Assembly: GCA_963733295.1 (NCBI GenBank)
Contig: CAVTCS010000003.1
Location: 704,001-768,000, forward strand
Direction: 5' to 3'
Length of the DNA: 64,000 bases
Origin: Vulcanimicrobiota bacterium
GTDB lineage: Bacteria; Vulcanimicrobiota; Vulcanimicrobiia; Vulcanimicrobiales; Vulcanimicrobiaceae
The translations under genes were made by a program, and so were the position numbers. Shown piece by piece: positions 1 through 11,082 of this stretch. The notes beneath the pieces are model-generated. The model was not told the origin of the DNA, searched no databases, and worked only from the letters and a program-made list of their open reading frames with translations. The stretch's first letter is position 1; the number at the start of each line of letters is the position of its first letter.

Positions 1-92
1 ATGCCTTGGTTGTAGATTTCGCGGATGGCGGCGAGGTCGTTTGAATGCGATTCACGGATGCGTAGCGAGCTCACGTCGGCGATCATGGTCAT
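1..92 (-). CDS. GNAT N-acetyltransferase, ArsN1/phosphinothricin-acetyltransferase-like (5' part; runs off window)
   Basis: Manual translation MTMIADVSSLRIRESHSNDLAAIREIYNQG matches the IR...D..AI..IYNQG N-terminus of ArsN1/PAT GNATs; last visible gene of the ars operon. Confidence 0.7.
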   Translation of the reverse strand, partial: MTMIADVSSLRIRESHSNDLAAIREIYNQG

Positions 93-795
93 CTCTCGTC
101 TCTGAGGGGTGAGGGAGCATCACGGCCAGCGCTGTGGCCTCGGAAACCGGCGACAACCAACCGAAGAGCGCCGTTGCGGCGCCGGCACCGAGAAGTTGTG
201 CGAGAACGAACGGAGGCACGTCGATCGGACGGATGCCGGCAAAGGTATCGCTGAGCGACCGCGCAATCGTCACCGCGGGATTTGCGAACGACGTCGACGA
301 CGTGAACCAATAAGCACCCACGATGTACGCGGCAACTGCATACGGCGTCGCGCCTGGGCGCGCTCGAGCGCAGCCCCAAATGACGGCTAGCAGCCCGAAG
401 GTCGCGATGAACTCGCCCAACCACAAAGGGCCACCCGCGCGAACGCGATGCGATGCAAAGAACAACGGTAAACCGAACATGACGTTCGCAGCCGCGACGC
501 CTGCCAGCGCGCCGAAAATTTGCGCGCCGATGTAAGCCGGCACGTCACGCCAGGCAAGGCCGCGCTGCCAGGCGTCCACGATCGTTACGGCCGGATTGAG
601 ATGTGCGCCCGAAATCGGTCCGAACGCAAGGATGATCGCCACGAGTGCGGCGCCGGTCGCGATCGCGTTCGCAAGGAGCGCGAGCGCTACGTTTCCCGCT
701 GCGAGCCGATCGGCCATGATGCCGGAGCCGACGATAGCGCACAGCAGGAGCGCGGTTCCGACCGCCTCCGAGGCAGCCCGGCGCCCGAGGTTCAC
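52..795 (-). CDS. MIP/aquaporin family channel (arsenite-associated AqpS type)
   Basis: Two NPA motifs (SGAHLNPAVT, SFANPAVT), hydrophobic helices, ars operon context. Confidence 0.9.
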   Translation of the reverse strand: MNLGRRAASEAVGTALLLCAIVGSGIMADRLAAGNVALALLANAIATGAALVAIILAFGPISGAHLNPAVTIVDAWQRGLAWRDVPAYIGAQIFGALAGVAAANVMFGLPLFFASHRVRAGGPLWLGEFIATFGLLAVIWGCARARPGATPYAVAAYIVGAYWFTSSTSFANPAVTIARSLSDTFAGIRPIDVPPFVLAQLLGAGAATALFGWLSPVSEATALAVMLPHPSETRDDHDRRRELATHP

Positions 796-796
796 A

Positions 797-1237
797 CTAG
801 CAACACGCGGGCGACGCGGCTAACTTAGCTGCGTCCGTTCGGCAACAGGTCGTCTCCTCGCTGTCGCGTTCTTCGGCTTCGGCGATAACGAAGTACGTCT
901 CCCAACGGCGTCCGTCGGGGTCGGTCGCCCAAACCTTGTTTTGGATCGCGTAGCAGCACGTCTCGTTCGTCTCAACGTCGACGAGTTGGCCTGCCGCGCG
1001 CAGCCGCGCGATCGCGGCGTCAACGTCCTCAGGTTTTTCGACGACGACGCCGTAGTGGGCGCCTTCGACGACCTTTGCATTCGGGTCGGCATCGAGGGCG
1101 AGCTCGAGCCCGGGGTCCTCCGTGAGAAACAGTGCGTAGTCTCTGTAATGCTTGACGGGTTCGGCGGAGAGTAAGCTGCTGTAGAACGCGACGCTCGCGT
1201 CGAGATCGCGGGTTGCGAGGTTCATGTGCATTTTCAT
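797..1237 (-). CDS. arsI: VOC-family ArsI/CadI protein (C-As lyase-like)
   Basis: ATG overlaps arsR stop (ATGA); H..H..E metal ligands, TCCYA vicinal Cys pair, WATDPDGRRWE, C-terminal CC. Confidence 0.8.
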   Translation of the reverse strand: MKMHMNLATRDLDASVAFYSSLLSAEPVKHYRDYALFLTEDPGLELALDADPNAKVVEGAHYGVVVEKPEDVDAAIARLRAAGQLVDVETNETCCYAIQNKVWATDPDGRRWETYFVIAEAEERDSEETTCCRTDAAKLAASPACC

Positions 1238-1566
1238 GCGAGTACTTTCGTCGGAAGAGTAGCGCCGAGTGCGGCGTCGAGCCGTTGGCGCGCGTCGGTT
1301 GCAAGGCGGTAATAACCCCAGGTACCGCGCCGAACCGAAGTGACCAGTCCGGCGTCCTTGAGGATCTTCAAGTGGTGCGAGACGGTCGGCTGACTCAGCT
1401 CGAGACCGGAGGTGAAATCGCAAACGCAGACCTCATCCTCGGCACGCGCGAGGGTTGCGACGATCGCAACGCGCGCCGGATCCGCGAGAGCCTTGAAAAG
1501 CGTCGCTTCGTCGCTTAGGTCACCGTCATAGACGGCCGTCTCGGGACAGCAGCGCTGCATCGACAT
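1234..1566 (-). CDS. arsR: ArsR/SmtB metalloregulator
   Basis: FKALADPAR...EVCVCD...LSQPTVSHHLKILKDAGLV...RRGTW. Confidence 0.92.
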   Translation of the reverse strand: MSMQRCCPETAVYDGDLSDEATLFKALADPARVAIVATLARAEDEVCVCDFTSGLELSQPTVSHHLKILKDAGLVTSVRRGTWGYYRLATDARQRLDAALGATLPTKVLA

Positions 1567-1602
1567 ATTTCGATTCTAGCCATTGTATCGGAATTTGTCA
1601 AT
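1559..1602 (-). promoter_or_regulatory. Sigma70 promoter of the ars operon with two ArsR-type operators
   Basis: TTGACA (1601-1596), 17 bp, TAGAAT (1578-1573); inverted repeats ATCGA-N6-TCGAT (1559-1574) and ATCGG-N6-TCAAT (1587-1602). Confidence 0.75.
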
Positions 1603-1720
1603 ACAGACCGCCCCAGTCGGATGCAGCGCTCCGAAATCCCGGTCCGAGTTCGGCAACAACAAACCGCAGTAACCGTCGACGGCTACGCGAAGGTGCCCAG
1701 GCCCGAAGAGGAAGCGTAAC

Positions 1721-2173
1721 TTGAACATTCGACTTCAGTGCCTTTGCTTGCTCGCCGCGATGGCGCTCACCGTTCCGGCCTCGGCCGGCGAGGCAGACCA
1801 GATTACCGACCAGCTGACCAAGCTGAACTCCACGCTGCAAGTGGCGACGAAGAACTACGATATCGCCGTACTCAACAATCTCGTCTCGAGCGATTACGAA
1901 CTGGTTTCATCACATGGGAAAGTCTACGATCGAGCCGCTTTTCTCAAGGACGCCGCCGATCGCTCGGCCGTTTACGAAATCAACCAGCCTGAGGACGTGG
2001 CGGTTCGTCACTACAACGGCGATTGCGCGGTCGTCACCGCCGTGCTTCACGTTCGTTATAGAACCGGTGGCAAAACGGTCGACGTTCGAATTCGGTACGG
2101 AGACACGTGGGTCAAACTGAACGGCACTTGGCGTTACGTGTACGGCCAGGCCTCACCGATGAAAGCGAAGTAA
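1721..2173 (+). CDS. Secreted NTF2-like / DUF4440 protein
   Basis: Signal peptide; 'VRHYNGDCAVVT...RYGDTWVKLNGTWR' NTF2-fold pattern. Confidence 0.75.
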   Translation: MNIRLQCLCLLAAMALTVPASAGEADQITDQLTKLNSTLQVATKNYDIAVLNNLVSSDYELVSSHGKVYDRAAFLKDAADRSAVYEINQPEDVAVRHYNGDCAVVTAVLHVRYRTGGKTVDVRIRYGDTWVKLNGTWRYVYGQASPMKAK

Positions 2174-2206
2174 CGGGACTCACGTGAAGCGATGTGCCGT
2201 CACCCC

Positions 2207-2602
2207 ATGAGAGCTGCGCTCGTCGCGCTCGTGGCTATGGGATTGGCGGGCTGCTCGAACTCCCCCGAACGGCCTTCTCCCTATCCAACGTGTTCGCAGG
2301 CAGATTTGCTCAAATTCGACAAGCGTCTGGCCGCCATCGTAAGCACCAAAGTGTTCGACTACGACGCGGAAAAGCTCGCCGCCGATACCGCCCAGAAGGA
2401 CGCCACGACCTGCCGGCTCGCCACGACAGGTTTGCGCCAGGTCAGCTGGATGAGGCGCGAATCGCACGCGTGGGCGACTCTCGCGCAGATCGAAACCGTC
2501 CAGGACGACGGCTACGCCGCAGGGGACGATCAACGAAACGCGGACCAGCTGGTTCAGCTCGCAAACGCTCTCGCGGATCGCGCCCGCAACGGGACGCGTT
2601 GA
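2207..2602 (+). CDS. Hypothetical lipoprotein
   Basis: Lipobox LAGC after hydrophobic stretch. Confidence 0.6.
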   Translation: MRAALVALVAMGLAGCSNSPERPSPYPTCSQADLLKFDKRLAAIVSTKVFDYDAEKLAADTAQKDATTCRLATTGLRQVSWMRRESHAWATLAQIETVQDDGYAAGDDQRNADQLVQLANALADRARNGTR

Positions 2603-2739
2603 ACCCCTAAGGCAAAACCGGCCCGGGGAGGCCTTTTTTGACCCGGGCGGCAGGAGTTGGGGTCGTCCGTTGTGCTAGCTCCTCGCTGCAAGGAATCGCC
2701 GTCGCGCGATCTCACCCGCTACCCAGAAAGGACCAGCCC

Positions 2740-3024
2740 GTGCCGGACAAAGTCGACTTCAACGAGTTTCTCAAGCAGGTTGACGAGCGCGTAAAAGTGC
2801 GAGCCAAAGAGGAAGAAGTGCACGGCCTCCTTCGCATGGGAAACGTGTGGCGTCTCAATCGCGTAGAGGCCAGCATCACCAAGGACGCGTCAAACAAGGG
2901 TGACGAGTACGAGCTGACGGTCCAAGGCGGCCCTGACGCGTCACGCATATTTCACAGCAAAGTCGGTTCCGTCGATGAGACGGCAACTGAGATCGTTCGC
3001 CGGCTCGGGACGCTGACCCACTAA
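2740..3024 (+). CDS. Hypothetical protein
   Basis: GTG start after AGAAAGGA; protein-like composition. Confidence 0.55.
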   Translation: MPDKVDFNEFLKQVDERVKVRAKEEEVHGLLRMGNVWRLNRVEASITKDASNKGDEYELTVQGGPDASRIFHSKVGSVDETATEIVRRLGTLTH

Positions 3025-3479
3025 GCTATCCATCGATCCCCGGCTTGTTGCACGAAGTTTGCAAAGACATAGCGCCACGGAATAACGAGAAGAAATATCG
3101 CGCCCATGAGGCAGGCTTGAATGGTTTGCGCCATGTCGCCGTCGATTGGGCTGTGGGTTATCCAAAGTGGAAGTGCAACAACGATCAACCAGATGACTTT
3201 CCAGGTCACCTCGAAAAATAGCAGCGGCAGCATTTTGAGCGGGTAGCGAAGTCCCAATATCGCCAGGAGCGGCAGCGCAGCCAGGACGCTGTTGCCGATA
3301 CTACGCCATGGGCCGAGCGTTAGCGGCCATGCCGTGTGATCGAGCATTGCCGGCCATACGGTTGAACCAAGGCCGACCACCAAGAGCAGGTAGCCGGCTC
3401 TGAGGAGATAGAGTTGAAATAGCGATACCTCCGGCGTCGAAGCGCCGGAAGCCGGGACTGTCGCCGTCATCGAAGACAT
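3021..3479 (-). CDS. Hypothetical membrane protein (about 4 TM)
   Basis: Hydrophobic helices, LGLRYPLKMLPLLFFE motif; SD AAGGGGAG upstream. Confidence 0.7.
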   Translation of the reverse strand: MSSMTATVPASGASTPEVSLFQLYLLRAGYLLLVVGLGSTVWPAMLDHTAWPLTLGPWRSIGNSVLAALPLLAILGLRYPLKMLPLLFFEVTWKVIWLIVVALPLWITHSPIDGDMAQTIQACLMGAIFLLVIPWRYVFANFVQQAGDRWIA

Positions 3480-3591
3480 TTGCACGCTCCCCTTGGAAAC
3501 AACGAAGGTACTGGTGAGCCGGCCCATCAGTTTCGCAAGGGGAAGTCAACACCGCGCCGTTCCGCGGCGCGGTGTTGACGGACAGCCGACG

Positions 3592-4404
3592 TTAGCCGGG
3601 TTGGGTCAGGAAGTCCCAGCGCCCGTCGAAGCGAGGACCGTGGTCGATACGGCCGGCGAGCGTGACCGTGTGCTTTCCGGGCGCCAGATCGAAACTCGGC
3701 GTCAGAACAAAGCCGTGATCGGTCACGTTGGCCATCGGAGTCACGTCACGACCGTCGAGCGCGATCCGCACGGTGTCCGGATCGACCGGTTGCTGGAAGC
3801 GCGCGGAGATTTCGGGACGGTGTGCGCCGATCATCGCACCAGGCTGAGGCTGCAGCTGCGCGAGCCCCATCGTCACGACGTCGGGCTGGCCTTCGTCAGC
3901 GCGCGGCGGTGCTGGATTTTGTTCACCCCTCTTGGCGCCCTGGTAACCGTAGCTTCTGGAACGGTCTTGGTTGCCGCTCTGATTGACGTACACGGTGTCG
4001 CTCGACGACACGAAGTTCACCGACGCGCCGAGCGCCTGTGAAATGAAGCGCAGTGGAACGAGGAGGCGGCCGCCGACGAGGAACGGCGGCGCATCGAGCG
4101 TCGTCGGTTGTCCGTTCACCGTCGCTTGCGTCGAGCCGACCTGCAATTGCACCGTCGTGCGGCCCGCCGTTGCGTTGATCTGGCCGTTGGAATAAACGAC
4201 GCTCGCGCCGAGGTGTTCGAAGACGCCGCGTAGCGGAACGAAGAGCCGTCCGTTCTGTTCGACTGGCGGCTGGTCGAACTGCATCGGTTGGCCGTTCACG
4301 ACGACAGTTGCGCTCGACTGCGCCATCGCGGCCGCCGGCGCGATGAGGGAGAGAGCGAGGATTGCGGATCCGAGGCGGCTTGTGAAAAACGTTGTCATGT
4401 TCAT
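3592..4404 (-). CDS. Copper amine oxidase N-terminal (stalk) domain secreted protein
   Basis: Signal peptide; GRLFVPLRGVFEHLGASV and GRLLVPLRFISQALGASV repeats; C-terminal Ig-like segment. Confidence 0.85.
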   Translation of the reverse strand: MNMTTFFTSRLGSAILALSLIAPAAAMAQSSATVVVNGQPMQFDQPPVEQNGRLFVPLRGVFEHLGASVVYSNGQINATAGRTTVQLQVGSTQATVNGQPTTLDAPPFLVGGRLLVPLRFISQALGASVNFVSSSDTVYVNQSGNQDRSRSYGYQGAKRGEQNPAPPRADEGQPDVVTMGLAQLQPQPGAMIGAHRPEISARFQQPVDPDTVRIALDGRDVTPMANVTDHGFVLTPSFDLAPGKHTVTLAGRIDHGPRFDGRWDFLTQPG

Positions 4405-4471
4405 CTCGCCGCTTTTTCCCGCGCACGGCCGATTCAAAACGGACGATCGAGCGCTAGGCGGCAGATGCCAA

Positions 4472-5077
4472 TTATTTCGCGCAGTTGAGGTTGAAGCGAA
4501 AACCCGGGGGTCTGTGGAGATAAACGAGCTCACTACTTCCCTGGATGAGGAGCTTCGTAGGCTTTCCACCGTATCCGGGATAGTTCGCCGGATACCAAAA
4601 CTTAATTTCGCCTTTGCGGGTGACCCCGGGCGGAAAATCGCTCGCGTTCGGGCGATCGTGAGGGTAGAAAAGTTCATAGAGACCGGTCTGGTCTTCAGCG
4701 GACGTGAAGCTGGCGTAGGTGTCTTTACCACTAAGTTCGGCGGAGTCGTCGTAGGCGCGGAGACCGATCCCCACACCGGAAGGCAAGGACAAACCCCAGT
4801 TCCATGCGGTATTGTTTGTGACGTTTAGAGTGCTCTTGGTGGCGTTGGTCCATTCCATGGAGACGCCCCAGCCCGTCTTCGGTTGGTCATCGAAACCTGT
4901 TTTGCGGCGTACCGGTTCGATTTTGGTGACGCGAGCCCGCCAGACGCCGTTGGACACCACCTGATTGAGGCAGCCGTCGACGACGGGTGCCGGACTGGGT
5001 GCTGCGTTACCTGATGCGGCCAGACTCACCGCGAGCGCATACAAAAACGCGAAGAACAACGGGCGACGGAACTTCAT
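4472..5077 (-). CDS. Secreted hypothetical protein
   Basis: Signal peptide, 201-aa ORF, terminal Cys pair. Confidence 0.65.
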   Translation of the reverse strand: MKFRRPLFFAFLYALAVSLAASGNAAPSPAPVVDGCLNQVVSNGVWRARVTKIEPVRRKTGFDDQPKTGWGVSMEWTNATKSTLNVTNNTAWNWGLSLPSGVGIGLRAYDDSAELSGKDTYASFTSAEDQTGLYELFYPHDRPNASDFPPGVTRKGEIKFWYPANYPGYGGKPTKLLIQGSSELVYLHRPPGFRFNLNCAK

Positions 5078-5144
5078 GTACCCTCCAGAAGCGCGGCAAA
5101 AATCGCCTTGTTTCCGGCGCCTGCCGCCACCTTCAGCGCGAGCG

Positions 5145-5583
5145 CTATCGAACGCGCGCTTTAATTGGTGCCGGTGTCCGTTTTATGATTTCGACGGCCA
5201 ACTGCTGGCCCGGAACGGACCGAATCGCATACTCCGTCGACGCAACCTGATCGAAAATGTTCCCGTAACTCGTGATAACCGTAGCTGTGAAGGTCTCGCG
5301 GAAATCGTACCGTGCCTCCGTCGGCCCGAAACTGGCAATACGCCGGTATACCGCCCCTTCGTCGGGACGCGGCACCCTGTCGTGGGCCTCGATCGTTCGA
5401 ACGGAGATTTCGCTTGACATCTCGTTGATGGAGACAGCGACCTTCACGTCGATCGCCGGGCCGAATCCGATATTGCGCAGTGCGATGTCGACGTTGAATT
5501 GGTATGTATACGGCGGTTAGGATCGCGTGGACGGAAGCACCCAGAGCAAAGCCCGTGGGACTGACAGCCTCGAAGGGTTCCAT
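5145..5583 (-). pseudogene. Frameshifted hypothetical protein
   Basis: SD-preceded ATG at 5583; protein-like reading (PPYTYQFNVDIALRNIGFGPAIDVKV...) continues in another frame from about 5517. Confidence 0.4.
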
Positions 5584-5918
5584 GCTCGTTCCCTTTCCTT
5601 ACGGCGAAGAAAACATGAAATGGCTGTAGGAGGGCAAAGTGCAGGGTATAAGGAGGCGGGCAGCCTAATTGATGATTTAAGCTTGGGACTGGTGGAAAGC
5701 AGATTGTGAGAGTACGCTACGAAGGCGCGCGTTTTGATCGATTAGCGTGCAGAATTCGGTAATTATGCTTGCTTTGCGTTCGCTAGCTTATTCGGCGCAG
5801 CGCTTCTTGTTTGCATACAACTTTCTGGCGCAGCTCAGCTCACGTGCTGCGGTTCAGCACCACACTAGATCTAACAGAGCTAAACTGGTTTACAGACGGT
5901 AGTGTTTAGAAGGGCTCC

Positions 5919-7357
5919 GTGTCCTTTTTGAACGGCGCTTTTCTCACGCGCTGGGGAACTGGCCGGGCCGTTCCTGAACTCGCTTCGGAAGTCCCAACGC
6001 AACGAAATGGCGGCATCAGCGCAGACGGGAAGACGATCACATGGCATCTCCGCGGGGGGTTGAAGTGGTCTGACGGCACACCACTTACCTCTGCGGACAT
6101 CGCATTCACGGTCGCGGAAATCAAAGACGAACGACGATCGTCCTCGATAAGCATGCATTTCTTTTCATAGAGCGTGTCAGTACGCCTAATCGCGATATCG
6201 CGGTTTTCGAACTGTCGCGTCCGTACGGTTTCGCGATTCACTCGTACTTCGGTTCCGACTCGTATCCAATCGTGCCAAAACACTTGCTCGAGGGCAAGGA
6301 TTTCAACAAAGCAGATTTTTGGGATCTTCACGTGGGTGCGGGACGCTTCAAAATTACGCGATTTGCGCGCGGCGACCGCGTCGACCTCGAGCGCAACACG
6401 TTTTATTTGCGGGGACGTGCCAAGCTCGATAAGGTCGTTTTTAAGATCATTCCGAGCTAGATAGGATCGGTCAATGCAATGAAGTCTGGCGACCTCGATC
6501 TACTTCCCTATCAGTCATTCACCGGATATGCGATGTTCGGCTCTCCAGCGAGCGTTCCCGCGGTTGAGATCGCCGGTCAACGTATCAGCTGGTTCGTCTT
6601 AAACCAACAGAGTGCGGTACTGTCTGATGTCGTCGTGCGGCGCGCACTACGATTAGGTCTCAATCGCGCCGGCATTCTTCAACGGACCTTCCACGGCGCG
6701 GGTGTGCTGAATGAGTCGTTGCTCCCGCCGTTTGCACCGGAATACGACAAGGATCTCGCGATCGTGAAATATGACCCGAAGGCTGCCGCCGCACTGCTGG
6801 AGGCAGACGGCTGGAAGCTCGGCTCCGACGGAGTCCGCACGAAGAACGGCACGCGACTACATATCCAGGTGGTTTCTGGTGCGGGCTCCGCATTGGTCGA
6901 TCAAGTGCTCGAACAAGCGCGAGCAGATTGGACCGCGATCGGCTTCGAGATGGAGACGAAACTCTATGACGGCGGGCTCTTTTTCGCACCGATCAGCGAG
7001 GGCGGTATCGTCGATGGAGGTCACTTCGATCTTGCACTGTGGAGTCCCGGAGCAGTTTTTGCGGATTCTTTTCCTGCGCAATTTGATTGCAGTCTAATCC
7101 CGCCCAACGGAAACAACGATTTCCGGTACTGCAACCGCCACTTACAACCAATCCTTCACCAGATTGAGCGCACGTACGATCCGATCGCTCTGGCACCTAT
7201 GTACAAGCAATTACAACGCACACTTGACGATGACGTGCCATTTATCGTTATCGGCTCGACCAACGAGTACACCGTTCATACGGACGATGTGACTGGGCTG
7301 CACATCCCACCGTATTATCCGTTCGATGATTTCATGGACGTTGACGTGACGAGGTAA
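5919..7357 (+). pseudogene. Disrupted peptide ABC transporter substrate-binding protein (family 5)
   Basis: GGISADGKTITWHLRGGLKWSDGTPLTSADIAFT fragment, then frameshift(s), in-frame TAG at 6458-6460, then intact C-terminal half; no permease genes. Confidence 0.75.
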
Positions 7358-7392
7358 ACTGTTAGTGCGGCTCGTCAAGCAGTCTGGCCCAA

Positions 7393-9855
7393 ATGCATAG
7401 AAAGAAATTAACCCCGACCAATCAATTGACGGCTCGTGAAAACGAAGTCGCTGCTCTCGTTGCTGCCGGCAAATCAAATCGCGCGATCGCCGAGGTCTTG
7501 TGGCTCAGCGAGCGCACCGTCGAGAATCACGTTAGGTCGATTTTCGCGAAGCTCGATACTGACTCACGAGTAGGAGTCGCCAACGCGCTTCTGCGGGCTG
7601 ATTCGCAGAAGCGACTAAACACGGCATCCGAATCTAGGCCGCTCAGCAACCTTCCGTTCAACCTGAGCTCATTCGTGAATCGCGACACCGAGCTTGCGGA
7701 ACTCACGAGGTTGCTGGAAAAGCATCGGCTCGTTACGATCACGGGTTCCGGGGGCGTCGGCAAGACACGCACCGCGCTCCGGGTCGCGGCTAGTCTTCTC
7801 GATGGGTTTCGCGATGGCGCGTGGTTCATCGAACTTGCGCCGCTGAGGAGTGGCGCCTACATAGTTTCGACTGTCGCCGGGGCGCTCGACGTTCAACTCA
7901 TGGCTGAAGGCGAGCCGCGCGATGTTCTCGCCCGTGCGCTCAAGTCGATGCACGCGTTGCTCGTTTTTGACAACTGCGAGCACCTGCTCGCCGCTACCGC
8001 CGAGGTCATTCTACCGATCCTGCAGCGTTGTCCGACCGTGACGATTCTCGCGACAAGTCGTGAAGCTCTGGGCATCGACGGCGAGGAATGCTACCGCTTG
8101 CCGTCGCTGGACGTTCCAATTGAAGAGAATCTGGAACGCCTGCGTGGAAGCGACGCGATCGGTTTTCCGGCCATCGCACTTTTCGTCGATCGAGCGCAGG
8201 CAGTCGACAAGCAATTTGCGTTAACCGATAAAAATGCAACGACGGTCGCCAGAATTTGCCGCCAGCTCGATGGGATACCTCTTGCGATCGAGTTGGCTGC
8301 CTCGCGCGTCGCGATTCTCAGTCCGCGACAGCTGCACGAGCGTATCGCCGAACGGTTCAGTATCCTCACCAACGATGGTCGAAATGCCATCCCTCGCCAC
8401 AAGACTCTGCGAGCGCTGATCGACTGGAGTCACGACTTGCTCGAAGATCGCGAGTGTACGCTCTTTCGGCGCGTCGGGATCTTCGAAAACGGATTCTCAC
8501 TGGAAAGCGCAATCGCGGTCGCAAGCGCCGACGACCTGAACGAGGCTGATGTTTTCGAAGGCCTTGCGTCGCTCGTTGACAAGTCGCTCGTTCTGGCCGA
8601 ACCAGATGGCGATGCCTTGCGGTTTCGCCTGCTCGAATCGACTCGAGCTTACGCCTCAGAGAAAATGGTTATCGCCGGCGAACGCGAGCTTCTTGTTCAC
8701 AGCCGCTTAAGGTATTTGCGCGCTAAGTTCTCGAAGTTAAGGCGACTTGCCGAGCAGACCGCGCGCTTTACTGAGATCCATAACGCCTTTTCGTTGGAGT
8801 TGGCTGACATTCGAGCTGCGCTGGATGAAGCGTTCAAAGGTGCCGATCTTATCGCTGGCAGTGAGCTCCTCGCGGACATTGGAGAGTGTTGGAACTATCT
8901 TTATCTAAACAACGAAGGCACACGGTGGATCGAAAACGGCTTAGCAAGTCTGGAAAACGGCGAGTGCGTGCTTCTCGCTCGACTATCGGTCGCATTGTCT
9001 TACGTCCTTGCAGCCGATCAACAACATGGTCGCGCGTACGAGTTGGCTGTGCGAGGTGTCGCGCGCGCACGAGCCTGCGGCGACGGCGAGATCCTGGCTC
9101 ATGCCCTAACAAGATACGCTAATAGCTCTAGCGCTCGCGGCGATCTTGAGAACGCGGAAAGCGCGTACGCCGAGGCTGAGAAGATGCCCGATCTTCCCTT
9201 GGGGTTACGGCTTCGGCTGCTGAGTGCTCTGTCTTCCGTGCTGCGCGGCAGGGGCGACATAGTCGGCGCGGCGCGCGTTATCGCACAGGTGCGTAAGCAG
9301 CACCAGGATCTGGGAAACCGACGCGAAGAAGGCGTATATGCGATATGGCTCGCCGAGGAAGAGTACGAGAGCGGGCAGACCCGGCATGCGATAACGACGG
9401 CCCGCGAGACGTTGCCGACGATGCACGGGAGCGGCCGTCTTCTTCTGCTGGCAGACCTAACTGGTTATCTCGCGGCGGTAGATGACCTTCCCGGAACGTT
9501 CGATGTGGCACGCGAGGCCATTCTTCAGCGCACAACATCGAACCGCGACTTGGTCAATTCTTCAATAGCGATCGGGCATCTCGCACTGGCATTGGCATTG
9601 GCCGGCGAGCTCTTCTGCGCCGCGACACTCACTGGCTACAGCGACGCCGCTGAGCGGTTCGGTTACCCGCGCACCTTCATCGAAGAAGACACGCATGTTC
9701 GCATCACACAACTTTTTCGCGATCGGCTGACACCCGAGCAGCTCACGTCGCTGACCGCGGAGGGTGCCACTTTGACCTCCGAGACAGCTGTCGCGCTCGC
9801 GCGAGAGGCCATTACACGAGCGCGTGCTGCCCACCCGAGGGAAGTTGAGTACTAG
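7393..9855 (+). CDS. LuxR-HTH + predicted ATPase (STAND, COG3903-like) + TPR-like regulator
   Basis: [34 protein letters not shown]-loop; [21 protein letters not shown]. Confidence 0.9.
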   Translation: MHRKKLTPTNQLTARENEVAALVAAGKSNRAIAEVLWLSERTVENHVRSIFAKLDTDSRVGVANALLRADSQKRLNTASESRPLSNLPFNLSSFVNRDTELAELTRLLEKHRLVTITGSGGVGKTRTALRVAASLLDGFRDGAWFIELAPLRSGAYIVSTVAGALDVQLMAEGEPRDVLARALKSMHALLVFDNCEHLLAATAEVILPILQRCPTVTILATSREALGIDGEECYRLPSLDVPIEENLERLRGSDAIGFPAIALFVDRAQAVDKQFALTDKNATTVARICRQLDGIPLAIELAASRVAILSPRQLHERIAERFSILTNDGRNAIPRHKTLRALIDWSHDLLEDRECTLFRRVGIFENGFSLESAIAVASADDLNEADVFEGLASLVDKSLVLAEPDGDALRFRLLESTRAYASEKMVIAGERELLVHSRLRYLRAKFSKLRRLAEQTARFTEIHNAFSLELADIRAALDEAFKGADLIAGSELLADIGECWNYLYLNNEGTRWIENGLASLENGECVLLARLSVALSYVLAADQQHGRAYELAVRGVARARACGDGEILAHALTRYANSSSARGDLENAESAYAEAEKMPDLPLGLRLRLLSALSSVLRGRGDIVGAARVIAQVRKQHQDLGNRREEGVYAIWLAEEEYESGQTRHAITTARETLPTMHGSGRLLLLADLTGYLAAVDDLPGTFDVAREAILQRTTSNRDLVNSSIAIGHLALALALAGELFCAATLTGYSDAAERFGYPRTFIEEDTHVRITQLFRDRLTPEQLTSLTAEGATLTSETAVALAREAITRARAAHPREVEY

Positions 9856-10353
9856 CACTCATACGCGATGACTGGCTTTTTGGTAGCGTGCCTTTAGAAG
9901 GCGAAGCACAAACCATGGAACGCTACAACGTCCTAAAGACAGGCGACTGACCGAAGGGCAACGCCCTCTCTGCTAACAGAACTGCCGCGCCGAGCCATCG
10001 CGGGCAATTGTTCCGCAAGAACGCCGGCATCTTATTGTGAGGAAATTCAATGTTCGCTCTGCTCTTTGCTATGCTTTTTAGCCTGACGCCGTATGGCATG
10101 GTTAAGGTACACGAACCAATCAAATGCAGCCCAACTAATCTGGCGGGTCAACCCACCTTGTGCGTCAGACCAGCTCCCATTATACCTCTGCGTCCAGCTC
10201 CGTAGGGCTATAGCGAACGATCCATCAGAGCGTCGACCTCGACAAGTTCCGAGCAAGAACCGTCGGGGTCGACCGCTGCTTCGGAACAGCGCGATCACAA
10301 CTTCGGTTCTCGCGGCGTTGCTACGGCAGAACGATTTGCTGGAGCATCAAGAC

Positions 10354-11082
10354 GTGAGCGTACCGTCGCCCGCCAAGCTTCGCAATTTCCTCGGTTGGGC
10401 ATTCGTCATCTCGATCGCGCTGCATCTCGCGCTGCTTCCGATCGTTGGGCGCAGTCGACCGCTTCCAGCGGCGCCCGAGCCGCACCGCGATATTCTCTTC
10501 ACTTTCACAATACCGACGCCGCCGCCGCATCCGCGACCAACGCCCCGACCAATGCCAAGAGCTCCTTTGCCCGCGCGGACGCACCCGACGCAATCCGCAG
10601 CGCGGCCGTTGGCGCACGCGCCGCAGATTCACCACGAGCTTTCGCATCAAGCGGTGAGCGCGGCACTGGTGCCGGAGCCCGCTGGGACAGACGGTTCGGC
10701 GACCGCCGGTGCGGGCGGCGGCGTGAGCGAGGGTCCCGGCGACGCAAGCTCCGCGGGGACTGGATCAGCGGCGACACCTTCACCCACGCCAAAGGCCTCG
10801 TGCGCGCAGCCCCACGTCGACGCGGCGGTGACGCGTGCGGTCGAACCGGATTATCCCGAACTTGCCCGCCAGCAGGGCCTCACGGGAACGACGCAAGTCA
10901 AAGTCACGCTCGCCGAAACCGGGACGGTGGTGGACGCGCAAGTGTACGCGAGTTCCGGCAGTCCCGCGCTCGACGCCGCCGCAATTGCCGCTGCCAAGCG
11001 CAGTATCTATACGCCCGAGATCGACGACTGCCGGCAGCACGCTGGTTCGTATCTCTTTCGGGCAGAATTTTCCGCACAGTAA
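10354..11082 (+). CDS. TonB family energy transducer
   Basis: N-terminal TM with SxxxH, Pro-rich linker, YPELARQQGLTG...SSGSPALD TonB_C; GTG after GGAG. Confidence 0.85.
   Translation: MSVPSPAKLRNFLGWAFVISIALHLALLPIVGRSRPLPAAPEPHRDILFTFTIPTPPPHPRPTPRPMPRAPLPARTHPTQSAARPLAHAPQIHHELSHQAVSAALVPEPAGTDGSATAGAGGGVSEGPGDASSAGTGSAATPSPTPKASCAQPHVDAAVTRAVEPDYPELARQQGLTGTTQVKVTLAETGTVVDAQVYASSGSPALDAAAIAAAKRSIYTPEIDDCRQHAGSYLFRAEFSAQ

Noticed and set aside
6458..6460. In-frame TAG as pyrrolysine or readthrough recoding
   Set aside because: The same gene also has frameshifts, TAG is a normal stop elsewhere in the window, and no pyl genes are visible
9860..10350. Short ORFs or an extended TonB N-terminus
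   Set aside because: No recognisable motifs; TonB has a better SD-linked start at 10354
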